From a virus, in the UHGV virus genome UHGV-0121436: DNA of 16,685 nt; one strand, given 5' to 3'. Shown in pieces: positions 1-7,898 of the stretch (position 1 is the first letter of the stretch; each line of letters opens with the position of its first letter). Position numbers and translations under genes: made by a program. Under the pieces are notes generated by a model. It was given only the letters and a program-made list of their open reading frames with translations. It was not told the origin of the DNA and searched no databases.

Positions 1-869
1 TGCGCCGCAAACGTATGGCGCAGAACGTGTGTCAGTTGACCGCGAGGGAGCACGATAGACGTTTTTTCCATCACGGATAAAAATTGAAAATAGCAGTCTG
101 TGAAGAAATTGAACCCATCGAGCGCCATGATCTCTTCGTAAAGCTCTTTACTGATAGGGATGCTTCTGTTTTTCTTCCCCTTCGTTCTGACAAAGGTAAT
201 TCGGTATTTGGTCACCTGTGAGCGGGTAAGGTTTATTGCTTCTCGCCAGCGTGCGCCTGTGCTTAAGCATATCTTGACTACCAGTGCCAGAATTGGGTCC
301 TGACGTTTGCAATCATCCAGCAGTTCAACAATCTGCTCATGGGTAAGCCATGCCATCTCTTTTTCTGCGATGGTGAATTTTCGCATGTTCTCCAGTGGGT
401 TTGGATACGACCATTCGCCCAGGCGGGATAGTTCGCTAAAAACACTACTTAGATAGCTTTGCTCCAGGTTAATGGTGACCGGGCTGGCCCCTTTCTTCCA
501 TTTCTCGCTGAAGTAGATCTCACCTGTCAGTCGTTTATCTCGATAATGGGCAAACATTTTAGATGTGAGATCGGTTGCAAGGGGATTGCCCAGAGCGTCA
601 ACCATCAGCAGCAATTTGTCATAGACATGCTGCCCAGCAGTCAGAGATTTACCATGTAGTTTGAACCATAGCTCAACCACGTCTTTCAGGGTTCGACGAT
701 CTACTGATTCGCCCAGCCAGGGCTTTGCTTCGGTTTCTTCCATCGTGTGACGCTCAAAAGCCAGTGCTTCGCCTTTGGTGGCGAATTGTTTACGCACACG
801 ACGCCCACTACGTCCGGCGGGGTAACATTCGCAAAGCCATTTTCCTGTGGTGAGTTTTCGTACTGCCAT
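1..869 (-). CDS. int: Tyrosine integrase, P2/186-like; 3' end lies beyond the window start (partial)
   Basis: Reverse-strand reading frame opens at ATG 869..867 and stays open to position 1 (about 289 codons), so the six-frame track did not report it. Translation begins MAVRKLTTGKWLCECYPAGRSGRRVRKQFATKGEALAFE and contains LSTGARWREA and HVLRHTFA, which match the conserved boxes of P2 Int as I recall them. GGAGG lies 9 nt upstream of the ATG. Confidence 0.85.
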   Translation of the reverse strand, partial: MAVRKLTTGKWLCECYPAGRSGRRVRKQFATKGEALAFERHTMEETEAKPWLGESVDRRTLKDVVELWFKLHGKSLTAGQHVYDKLLLMVDALGNPLATDLTSKMFAHYRDKRLTGEIYFSEKWKKGASPVTINLEQSYLSSVFSELSRLGEWSYPNPLENMRKFTIAEKEMAWLTHEQIVELLDDCKRQDPILALVVKICLSTGARWREAINLTRSQVTKYRITFVRTKGKKNRSIPISKELYEEIMALDGFNFFTDCYFQFLSVMEKTSIVLPRGQLTHVLRHTFAA

Positions 870-1030
870 AAAAAATGCCCTCCAATAGAGAGCATTTTTA
901 CTGTATGTATAACCAGTGTCAATGTATGAAATCTTGCGACCATACATCTCACTGAAGCCATAATGAAGTTGGCTATTTTTTGCTATGTGAGTATGTGACT
1001 TTTGCGGTTAGCCTGCGGCTCATTGTTATA

Positions 1031-1246
1031 TTAGGCGCAGATATAAAAGCAAAAATTATCGCGAGTTTTTAGTACAGATTTTTTTGATTTACTAATAGTT
1101 CCATCATTGCAAACGAACTTTCCATCGGAGGTACAGTGAGAGACACCTCCCTTTTTCCCAGAACAAGGATAATTTTTAGCATAGGTAGTTAGTGGGTTTA
1201 ATAACAAAGAGCATGATAAAACCACAAAAAATACCTTACCAAGCAT
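1031..1246 (-). CDS. Small secreted cysteine-containing protein (71 aa), unknown function; cargo between repressor and integrase
   Basis: ORF with strong RBS (GGGAGGAAACT) just upstream of ATG 1246. N-terminus [23 protein letters not shown] looks like a Sec signal peptide; the roughly 48-aa mature part has 5 Cys. AT-rich. It starts 16 nt downstream of the repressor stop, on the same strand. Confidence 0.5.
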   Translation of the reverse strand: MLGKVFFVVLSCSLLLNPLTTYAKNYPCSGKKGGVSHCTSDGKFVCNDGTISKSKKSVLKTRDNFCFYICA

Positions 1247-1261
1247 AGTTTCCTCCCGGTA

Positions 1262-1831
1262 TTACCTAACGTACTTAATTGTTAAACTTATAATTTTTCC
1301 AATTATTTCAACATCTTCTATCTTGCACTCGAAGGATCTGTTTCCACCTTCAACGAAGATTCTTCCACCGGGTAAACGAGTAATGTCGCGGATTGTTATT
1401 TCGCCATCAATACTTATTACCCATTTACCATCACGTATATCATCAAATTCTTTATCACAAATAAATTCAGAATTGTTATCTGTGATGACAAAAGGTTTTT
1501 TAAACGTAGAGGGTAGAAATCCCTTATCAAAAATATAAAAACCGTCTTCACGCAAGGCACCATCAGATAATACATATTTAGCAACTTCCATCGTATTTGT
1601 ATTACCTGAAGTTTGCTTTGAACCATGTCCAGTTGTGAGCCAATTAAGCGAGGTGCCCGTTTCAAGGGCGCACTGGATTACCCATTCTGCTGGGAATGAG
1701 TCACGCATGTAGCGTGTGGCGAGTGTACTTTTAGAGATTCCTAAATGATCGCACAACGCCTGTCGAGTTTTGAATCCATAAGCTTCTACCATGCGCTCTA
1801 TAGCGCCTCGTCCGCCTTTCTCCAAATTCAT
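1262..1831 (-). CDS. cI: Phage immunity repressor (CI/C-like) with N-terminal HTH
   Basis: ORF on minus strand; ATG at 1831 preceded by GGAG at 5-nt spacing (the track's GTG at 1837 is an alternative start). N-terminal region ERMVEAYGFKTRQALCDHLGISKSTLATRYMRD is HTH-like and resembles the phage CI-repressor N-terminal domain. It is divergent from the early operon, as in P2/186. Confidence 0.8.
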   Translation of the reverse strand: MNLEKGGRGAIERMVEAYGFKTRQALCDHLGISKSTLATRYMRDSFPAEWVIQCALETGTSLNWLTTGHGSKQTSGNTNTMEVAKYVLSDGALREDGFYIFDKGFLPSTFKKPFVITDNNSEFICDKEFDDIRDGKWVISIDGEITIRDITRLPGGRIFVEGGNRSFECKIEDVEIIGKIISLTIKYVR

Positions 1832-1855
1832 GGTCACTCCAAGTGAACTTTTATC

Positions 1856-1884
1856 TTGACGATTTCATAGTGCGATCGTATGTT
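1856..1884 (+). promoter_or_regulatory. Candidate early lytic promoter (pR/Pe-like) in the repressor/early-operon switch region
   Basis: TTGACG (1856..1861), 17-nt spacer, TATGTT (1879..1884), located between the repressor start and the apl-like ORF and oriented rightward. Sequence pattern only. Confidence 0.35.
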
Positions 1885-1956
1885 TATGGTGTTCACAAAA
1901 TACAAACGATCCGTATTCGCCCTGATTAATCATCATTAAACGAGGAATGTTGCATC

Positions 1957-2115
1957 ATGAGACCTAACATTTCAATCACTCTTACCACGCCTCATGTGAC
2001 TATTGAACGCTATAGCGAGCTGACAGGGCTATCCATCGATACCATCAATGACATTTGGCTGATGGACGCCTTATCCGTCACCGTCTGCGCAAAGATAAAA
2101 AACGCGAAAAAGTGA
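1957..2115 (+). CDS. Apl/Cox-like small HTH protein (excisionase / repressor of lysogenic promoter), 52 aa as read; possibly frameshifted
   Basis: First ORF of the rightward operon: MRPNISITLTTPHVTIERYSELTGLSIDTINDIW..., with an HTH-like segment. Position matches P2 cox / 186 apl. Shorter than the roughly 87-91 aa I recall for those proteins; see the finding on a possible frame change. Confidence 0.5.
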   Translation: MRPNISITLTTPHVTIERYSELTGLSIDTINDIWLMDALSVTVCAKIKNAKK

Positions 2116-2209
2116 TGATCAACATAGCAGCCATGACCGTTGATGCGCTTTCAGAATGCAATCTAAACCTTAATTAGTTCGATTCTGAAATACATCAGAG
2201 GCATTGACC

Positions 2210-2719
2210 ATGTTTGATTACCAAGTTTCCAAACATCCACATTTTGATGAAGCCTGTCGTGCATTCGCATTGCGCCACAACCTGGTGCAACTGGCAGAAC
2301 GTGCTGGCATGAATGTGCAGATTCTGCGGAACAAGCTGAACCCAGCTCAGCCTCATTTATTAACCGCACCAGAAATCTGGCTGCTTACCGATCTGACTGA
2401 AGATTCAACGCTGGTAGATGGTTTTCTGGCACAGATTCACTGCCTGCCATGTGTACCGATTAATGAGGTGGCAAAAGAGAAACTGCCACATTACGTCATG
2501 AGTGCAACCGCAGAGATCGGGCGTGTTGCTGCAGGTGCGGTATCTGGCGATGTAAAAACCAGTGCAGGTCGTCGTGATGCTATCAGCAGCATTAACTCTG
2601 TAACACGACTGATGGCGCTGGCTGCTGTTTCATTGCAGGCCCGTTTACAGGCTAATCCTGCGATGGCGAGTGCAGTTGATACCGTGACTGGCCTCGGTGC
2701 TTCATTCGGTTTGCTGTGA
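2210..2719 (+). CDS. cII: CII-like lysogeny-establishment transcriptional activator (186 CII-like), 169 aa
   Basis: ATG 2210 with AGAGG 9 nt upstream. Translation [24 protein letters not shown]...[25 protein letters not shown] closely resembles what I recall of coliphage 186 CII (same length class, same N-terminal motif). Second gene of the early operon. Confidence 0.7.
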   Translation: MFDYQVSKHPHFDEACRAFALRHNLVQLAERAGMNVQILRNKLNPAQPHLLTAPEIWLLTDLTEDSTLVDGFLAQIHCLPCVPINEVAKEKLPHYVMSATAEIGRVAAGAVSGDVKTSAGRRDAISSINSVTRLMALAAVSLQARLQANPAMASAVDTVTGLGASFGLL

Positions 2720-2726
2720 GGTGCTT

Positions 2727-2927
2727 ATGCTGACGAAAGAACCATCATTTGCATCGCTGCTGGTAAAACAAAGCCCGGCAATGCACTACGGTCACGGCTG
2801 GATCATGGGTGAGGATGGTAAACGCTGGCATCCGTGCCGTTCACAAGATGAATTGCTGGCAGAACTATCTACGAAAAAACGGGGGAACAAATGGCTATTG
2901 AAGGCGCTGCGGCGACTGTTCCATTAA
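2727..2927 (+). CDS. Hypothetical early-operon protein (66 aa)
   Basis: ATG 2727 with GAGG 5 nt upstream, immediately after the cII stop. Same strand, tightly packed. No recognisable motif. Confidence 0.5.
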   Translation: MLTKEPSFASLLVKQSPAMHYGHGWIMGEDGKRWHPCRSQDELLAELSTKKRGNKWLLKALRRLFH

Positions 2928-3232
2928 GCCCCGGTGAACGCCTGAATGGACTTAATCACATAGCGGAATTAAGGGCAAAAGTTTTTGGCCTGAATATTGA
3001 GTCAGAGCTTGAGCGGTTTATTAAAGATATGCGTGATCCTCGGGATATCAATAATGAACAAAATAAACGGGCACTGGCTGCCATATTCTTTATGGCAAAA
3101 ATTCCGGCTGAACGTCATAGCATCAGCATCAATGAGCTGACCACTGACGAAAAGCGGGAGTTGATTAAAGCAATGAATCATTTTCGTGCAGTGGTGAGCT
3201 TATTTCCCAGACGGCTAACCATGCCGAATTAA
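2891..3232 (+). CDS. Hypothetical early-operon protein (113 aa)
   Basis: ATG 2891 preceded by GGGGGAA; overlaps the previous ORF by 37 nt. No recognisable motif. Confidence 0.5.
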   Translation: MAIEGAAATVPLSPGERLNGLNHIAELRAKVFGLNIESELERFIKDMRDPRDINNEQNKRALAAIFFMAKIPAERHSISINELTTDEKRELIKAMNHFRAVVSLFPRRLTMPN

Positions 3233-3299
3233 CCAACTAATGAAATTAATGGCGTAAACCCGCCGGGCATCCCTTTATCTAAATTCAGGAGAATTGATT

Positions 3300-3533
3300 A
3301 TGCGTAATATTGAGATCCTCACGACTAAAACCGGATCGGATGATGCAGGGCTTAATATTTTACTGACAGTGGCTCGTCTGGAAGAACGCCGGGCAAGGGC
3401 TGAAGCAATGGCAGCTCGCCTTGATAGCCTGGCGTGTCATATCTCATCCCGTCAGCTAAACCACGTGGAAGCAGCAGAACTACTGCGTGTAACTGCTGAA
3501 GCAATCCAGAACGAAGCGCAGGAGATCCACTAA
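3300..3533 (+). CDS. Hypothetical early-operon protein (77 aa)
   Basis: ATG 3300 with AGGAG 8 nt upstream. Its stop TAA overlaps the start of the next gene (TAATG). Confidence 0.55.
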   Translation: MRNIEILTTKTGSDDAGLNILLTVARLEERRARAEAMAARLDSLACHISSRQLNHVEAAELLRVTAEAIQNEAQEIH

Positions 3534-3760
3534 TGGCTGATGCAATGGATCTCGTACAGCAGCGCGTTGAAGAAGAACGCCAGCGCCATATTCGTGCTGC
3601 CCGTGCCAAAACACCGGGCGTGTCTCGCGTGCTTTGTATTGAATGTGAAGCGCCAATTCCGCCAGCACGACGCCGCGCCATTCCGGGAGTGCAGCTTTGC
3701 ATTACCTGCCAGGAAATCGCAGAGCTGAAAGGCAAACATTACAACGGAGGTGCTGTATGA
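3533..3760 (+). CDS. TraR/DksA-family C4 zinc-finger protein (P2 orf82-like)
   Basis: 75-aa product with CIECEAPIP...(18 aa)...CITCQ, a four-cysteine zinc-finger arrangement typical of phage TraR/DksA-like proteins. Translationally coupled to the flanking genes. Confidence 0.75.
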   Translation: MADAMDLVQQRVEEERQRHIRAARAKTPGVSRVLCIECEAPIPPARRRAIPGVQLCITCQEIAELKGKHYNGGAV

Positions 3761-4614
3761 GCACCATCCTGAAATGGGCGGGAAATAAAACCGCCATTAT
3801 GTCCGAACTGAAAAAACACCTTCCTGCTGGCCCGCGACTGGTTGAACCTTTCGCGGGTTCCTGTGCTGTGATGATGGAGACGGATTACCCCAGCTATCTG
3901 GTTGCGGATATTAATCCTGATTTAATCAACCTCTATAAAAAGGTTGCCGCTGATTGTGAATCGTTTATATCTCGCGCCAGAGTTTTATTTGAGATCGCAA
4001 ACAGGGAGGTGGCTTATTACAACATAAGGCAGGAGTTTAATTACTCCACTGAAATTACTGATTTCATGAAAGCGGTATATTTCCTGTATCTCAATCGTCA
4101 CGGTTACCGTGGTTTATGTCGCTATAACAAGAGCGGGCATTTCAACATTCCCTACGGTAATTATAAAAATCCGTATTTCCCTGAAAAAGAAATTCGCGCA
4201 TTTGCAGAAAAGGCCCAGCGAGCAACGTTTATCTGCGCCAGCTTTGATGAAACGCTGGCGATGTTGAAGGCGGGGGATGTGGTGTATTGCGATCCGCCGT
4301 ATGACGGTACGTTTTCCGGCTATCACACTGACGGCTTCACTGAAGATGACCAGTATCACCTGGCATCTGTTCTTGAACATCGGTCATCAGAAGGACATCC
4401 GGTCATTGTTTCTAACAGTGACACATCCCTGATCCGTTCGCTGTATCGCAATTTTACTCACCACTACATCAAGGCAAAACGCAGCATCGGTGTGGCAGCT
4501 GGCGAGGGTAAATCAGCAACAGAAATCATTGCTGTTTCCGGGCCGCGCTGCTGGGTGGGATTTGATTATTCGCGTGGCGTGGATAGTTCTGCCGTGTACG
4601 GAGTACGTGCATGA
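3757..4614 (+). CDS. dam: DNA adenine methyltransferase, D12 class (Dam-like, probably GATC-specific)
   Basis: ATG 3757 with GGAGG upstream; start overlaps the preceding stop (ATGA). Translation has [16 protein letters not shown] (SAM-binding motif I-like), [17 protein letters not shown] and the catalytic DPPY motif (VVYCDPPY). Strong resemblance throughout to E. coli Dam as I recall it. Confidence 0.85.
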   Translation: MSTILKWAGNKTAIMSELKKHLPAGPRLVEPFAGSCAVMMETDYPSYLVADINPDLINLYKKVAADCESFISRARVLFEIANREVAYYNIRQEFNYSTEITDFMKAVYFLYLNRHGYRGLCRYNKSGHFNIPYGNYKNPYFPEKEIRAFAEKAQRATFICASFDETLAMLKAGDVVYCDPPYDGTFSGYHTDGFTEDDQYHLASVLEHRSSEGHPVIVSNSDTSLIRSLYRNFTHHYIKAKRSIGVAAGEGKSATEIIAVSGPRCWVGFDYSRGVDSSAVYGVRA

Positions 4615-7025
4615 GTCATGCCGATATGAACAACTGCTGCGGCTTTAACGAGGCTGCCGCAGCATTCTCATGGAACAGCCCGAAAAAGGCCATTAACCCT
4701 TATCTGGACCCGGCGGAAGTTGCGCCGGTTTCTACGCTTTCAAACCTGATCACTCTGTACGCTGCCGATAACGAGCAGGAACAACTGCGCCGCGAGGCAC
4801 TGAGTGATCAGGTCTGGGAGCGTTATTTCTTTAATGAATCACGTGATCCTGTCCAGCGCGAAATGGAGCAGGATAAGCTCATTAGCCGGGCAAAGCTGGC
4901 GCATGAGCAGCAGCGTTTTAATTCAGACATGGTCATTCTGGCGGACGTCAACGCCCAGCCTTCCCATATCAGCAAGCCGCTGATGCAACGTATTGAATAC
5001 TTCAGCAGCCTGGGCAGGCCAAAGGCTTATTCCCGCTATTTACGTGAGACGATTAAGCCATGTCTGGAACGACTGGAGCATGTACGCGACAGTCAGCTAT
5101 CTGCATCTTTTCGCTTTATGGCAAGCCATGAAGGGCTGGACGGCCTGCTGATCCTGCCTGAAATGAGTCAGGATCAGGTGAAACGCCTGTCCACCCTGGT
5201 AGCTGCGCATATGAGTATGTGCCTTGATGCAGCTTGTGGTGATTTGTATGCCACCGATGACGTTAAGCCAGAAGAAATCCGCAAGACATGGGAAAAGGTG
5301 GCAGCGGAAACCCTGCGTCTGGATGTCATCCCACCTGCGTTTGAGCAACTCCGTCGGAAAAGAAACCGCCGTAAACCCGTGCCCTATGAACTCATTCCGG
5401 GTTCGCTGGCGCGTATGTTGTGCGCCGACTGGTGGTATCGGAAATTATGGAAGATGCGTTGCGAATGGCGGGAAGAGCAGTTGCGCGCTGTTTGCCTGGT
5501 CAGCAAAAAAGCATCTCCTTATGTCAGCTATGAAGCCGTGATGCATAAACGTGAGCAGCGCCGTAAGTCGCTGGAGTTTTTCCGTTCTCATGAACTGGTG
5601 AACGAAGACGGCGACACGCTGGACATGGAGGATGTGGTAAACGCCAGCAGCAGCAACCCTGCGCATCGCCGCAATGAGATGATGGCCTGTGTTAAAGGTC
5701 TGGAGCTTATCGCGGAAATGCGCGGTGACTGCGCCGTTTTCTACACTATCACCTGTCCGTCGCGTTTCCATTCCACGCTAAATAACGGCAGGCCAAACCC
5801 GACCTGGACAAACGCGACGGTAAGACAAAGCAGCGATTATCTGGTCGGCATGTTTGCTGCATTTCGTAAGGCGATGCACAAAGCCGGGTTGCGCTGGTAT
5901 GGCGTGCGGGTGGCTGAGCCGCATCATGATGGCACAGTTCACTGGCACCTGTTGTGTTTCATGCGCAAAAAAGACCGCCGTGCCATCACTGCATTACTGC
6001 GTAAGTTTGCCATCCGTGAAGACCGCGAGGAGCTGGGCAATAACACTGGGCCGCGCTTTAAGTCTGAGTTGATTAACCCGCGCAAAGGAACGCCGACAAG
6101 CTACATCGCGAAATATATCAGTAAGAACATTGACGGTCGTGGTCTGGCTGGCGAGATCAGCAAGGAAACGGGTAAATCTCTGCGTGATAACGCTGAATAC
6201 GTGAATGCCTGGGCGTCTCTGCATCGTGTTCAGCAATTCCGCTTCTTTGGTATTCCGGGGCGTCAGGCTTACCGTGAACTTCGCTTGCTGGCTGGTCAGG
6301 CGGCAAGGCAGCAGGGTGACAAAAAAGCAGGTGTGCCGGTACTGGATAACCCGCGTCTTGATGCCATTCTGGCTGCTGCTGATGCTGGTTGTTTTGCCAC
6401 CTACATCATGAAGCAGGGCGGCGTACTGGTTCCCCGTAAATATCACCTCATCAGAACCGCTTATGAAATCAACGAAGAGCCGACCGCCTATGGCGATCAC
6501 GGCATTCGTATTTATGGCATCTGGTCACCCATTGCAGAGGGCAAGATCTGCACTCATGCAGTGAAGTGGAAAATGGTTCGTAAGGCCGTTGACGTTCAGG
6601 AGGCGGCAGCCGACCAGGGCGCTTGCGCCCCTTGGACTCGTGGCAATAACTGTCCCCTTGCTGAAAATTTGTACCAACAAGGGAAAGACAAATCAGCTGA
6701 TGGGGATACCAGAACGGATATCACCCGCATGGATGACAAGGAATTGCACGATTACCTGCACAGTATGAACAAAAAAGAGCGCCGGGAACTGGCTGCAAGG
6801 TTACGCCTGGTGAAACCGAAACGGCGTAGAGACTACAAACAGCGAATTACAGATCATCAGCGACAGCAGCTCGTCTATGAACTGAAGTCCAGAGGATTTG
6901 ATGGCAGCGAGAAAGAGGTCGATTTACTCCTTCGCGGCGGCAGCATTCCGTCAGGAGCAGGCCTGCGTATTTTCTATCGGAACCAGCGTTTGCAGGAAGA
7001 TGATAAGTGGCGGAACCTGTATTAA
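4611..7025 (+). CDS. A: Replication initiation protein A (rolling-circle nicking endonuclease, P2 gpA-like), 804 aa
   Basis: Large ORF whose start overlaps the dam stop. Contains a histidine-rich [11 protein letters not shown] segment (HUH-type metal site) and [12 protein letters not shown] (candidate catalytic Tyr region). Size and position match P2/186 gene A. Confidence 0.9.
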   Translation: MSHADMNNCCGFNEAAAAFSWNSPKKAINPYLDPAEVAPVSTLSNLITLYAADNEQEQLRREALSDQVWERYFFNESRDPVQREMEQDKLISRAKLAHEQQRFNSDMVILADVNAQPSHISKPLMQRIEYFSSLGRPKAYSRYLRETIKPCLERLEHVRDSQLSASFRFMASHEGLDGLLILPEMSQDQVKRLSTLVAAHMSMCLDAACGDLYATDDVKPEEIRKTWEKVAAETLRLDVIPPAFEQLRRKRNRRKPVPYELIPGSLARMLCADWWYRKLWKMRCEWREEQLRAVCLVSKKASPYVSYEAVMHKREQRRKSLEFFRSHELVNEDGDTLDMEDVVNASSSNPAHRRNEMMACVKGLELIAEMRGDCAVFYTITCPSRFHSTLNNGRPNPTWTNATVRQSSDYLVGMFAAFRKAMHKAGLRWYGVRVAEPHHDGTVHWHLLCFMRKKDRRAITALLRKFAIREDREELGNNTGPRFKSELINPRKGTPTSYIAKYISKNIDGRGLAGEISKETGKSLRDNAEYVNAWASLHRVQQFRFFGIPGRQAYRELRLLAGQAARQQGDKKAGVPVLDNPRLDAILAAADAGCFATYIMKQGGVLVPRKYHLIRTAYEINEEPTAYGDHGIRIYGIWSPIAEGKICTHAVKWKMVRKAVDVQEAAADQGACAPWTRGNNCPLAENLYQQGKDKSADGDTRTDITRMDDKELHDYLHSMNKKERRELAARLRLVKPKRRRDYKQRITDHQRQQLVYELKSRGFDGSEKEVDLLLRGGSIPSGAGLRIFYRNQRLQEDDKWRNLY

Positions 7026-7119
7026 TTACGCGGGTTAACAATTCGTGCTCTTAATAATACCAGGTATATCAGGCTGATGAACGTAAAAAAACGTTTTACA
7101 TCAGTAAGATTATTATATA

Positions 7120-7135
7120 CTGTAAATATAAACAG
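7120..7135. promoter_or_regulatory. LexA (SOS) operator, perfect CTGT-N8-ACAG
   Basis: CTGTAAATATAAACAG at 7120..7135 matches the LexA box consensus CTGT-(AT-rich N8)-ACAG. It lies in an AT-rich promoter-like stretch 44 nt upstream of the ORF starting at 7179. Confidence 0.6.
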
Positions 7136-7178
7136 TGGTTATGCGTACAGTATTGCTTGTGGTGTCATAGGAGGAAAG

Positions 7179-7367
7179 ATGCAGGACTATTTTTTGGAGT
7201 CTTTGAAGCTCCAGCGCATTGATTTTTTTCTTAAGCTTGTAGCGGCTAGTGAGTGTAGTGATGAAGAGAAGGGGCTGGCCCTGCAGTGGGTTTCTGAACT
7301 GACAGATGAACTCATGGCAAAAATCAGAACCCACGAATACAACCGCTCAATGGATGTCATCAGCTGA
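7179..7367 (+). CDS. Small protein (62 aa) in the LexA-controlled module; possible Tum-like antirepressor N-terminal part
   Basis: ATG 7179 preceded by AGGAGGAAAG. Acidic, helical-looking product MQDYFLESLKLQRIDFFLKLVAASECSDEEKGLALQWVSELTDELMAKIRTHEYNRSMDVIS. Sits directly upstream of the DinI-like ORF. Confidence 0.45.
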   Translation: MQDYFLESLKLQRIDFFLKLVAASECSDEEKGLALQWVSELTDELMAKIRTHEYNRSMDVIS

Positions 7368-7377
7368 GGTGACTTTT

Positions 7378-7611
7378 ATGCGCATTGAAATAATGATCGA
7401 TAAAGAGCAGAAGATTAGCCAGTCTACCCTGGACGCCCTTGAATCCGAGCTTTACCGCAATCTGCGCCCCCTGTATCCCAAAACGGTAATTCGCATTCGC
7501 AAAGGTAGCTCTAACGGTGTGGAACTGACCGGACTGCAACTGGACGAAGAAAGGAAGCAAGTGATGAAAATTATGCAGAAGGTGTGGGAAGACGACAGCT
7601 GGCTGCATTAA
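7378..7611 (+). CDS. DinI-family protein (77 aa); Tum/DinI-like SOS-regulated modulator
   Basis: MRIEIMIDKEQKISQSTLDALESELYRNLRPLYPKTVIRIRKGSSNGVELTGLQLDEERKQVMKIMQKVWEDDSWLH aligns by eye with E. coli DinI (MRIEVTI..., DAL..EL, W..D.W C-terminus). GAGG RBS 8 nt upstream. Confidence 0.7.
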   Translation: MRIEIMIDKEQKISQSTLDALESELYRNLRPLYPKTVIRIRKGSSNGVELTGLQLDEERKQVMKIMQKVWEDDSWLH

Positions 7612-7682
7612 GAAACGTTGCCCCCAAGAGGATTCATTCTGATGGGGGACTATTTTGGGCAACGAGTGAAACGAGGCGTTAG

Positions 7683-7720
7683 GTGGACGGCCATTTTGAT
7701 AAGTGATCGTCCGCTTTTTG
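7683..7720 (+). terminator. Possible intrinsic terminator after the DinI-like gene
   Basis: GTGGACG (7683..7689) pairs with CGTCCGC (7708..7714), one G-U pair, followed by TTTTT (7715..7719). The loop is large (18 nt), so this is weak. Confidence 0.3.
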
Positions 7721-7898
7721 TTCTGAGTTCAAGCGATGGATTTAACACACTGGTTGAAGCAGAAGTATCTAAGTTCAATTTATATTATTTGAAGGGCACT
7801 GGTCTGATGTAGTACGATTTTTGCCGGAGATGGCATGTTCTATATTGATCTCATCCATATAATGATTGGTATTATTAGCTTAGTTTAAAGAGGATTGA

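Noticed and set aside
459-961. Track ORFs 459..659 (+), 747..929 (+) and 701..961 (-) in the integrase region
   Set aside because: All are out of frame with, or antisense to, the long minus-strand integrase frame (869 to 1), which has clear tyrosine-recombinase motifs. They have no RBS and are treated as shadow ORFs.
1323-1665. ORFs 1323..1538 (+) and 1417..1665 (-) inside the repressor gene
   Set aside because: Antisense or alternative-frame ORFs inside the better-supported 189-aa HTH repressor. AT-rich sequence produces open frames by chance.
2163-2369. Minus-strand 68-aa ORF overlapping the cII start
   Set aside because: Antisense to the well-supported CII-like gene, with no RBS.
3352-3739. 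Overlapping ORFs 3352..3735 (-), 3480..3668 (-), 3530..3739 (-), 3540..3728 (+)
   Set aside because: These overlap the plus-strand small ORF and the TraR-like zinc-finger gene, which form a translationally coupled chain. They lie in GC-rich sequence with Arg/Ala-rich low-complexity translations typical of shadow frames.
4114-7041. Internal or antisense ORFs within dam and A (4114..4380, 5097..5348, 5224..5541, 5445..5771, 5854..6072, 5994..6500, 6205..6411, 6847..7041)
   Set aside because: All lie wholly inside the long, motif-supported dam and A reading frames, on the opposite strand or in alternative frames.
7059-7105. Short AACGT-A6-ACGTT hairpin plus T-run after gene A
   Set aside because: The stem is only 5 bp and it overlaps the promoter/LexA region of the downstream module. 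Too weak to call a terminator.
7077-7178. Upstream extension of the 62-aa ORF to 7077 (the track's 96-aa version)
   Set aside because: The extension would read through the LexA box and promoter-like AT-rich region, and the internal ATG at 7179 has a strong AGGAGG RBS. The shorter start is preferred.
7618-7812. 64-aa plus-strand ORF between the DinI-like gene and the 525-aa gene
   Set aside because: It starts with TTG, has no RBS, and spans the candidate terminator hairpin and promoter region of the downstream gene. Probably non-coding, though a small regulatory peptide cannot be excluded.
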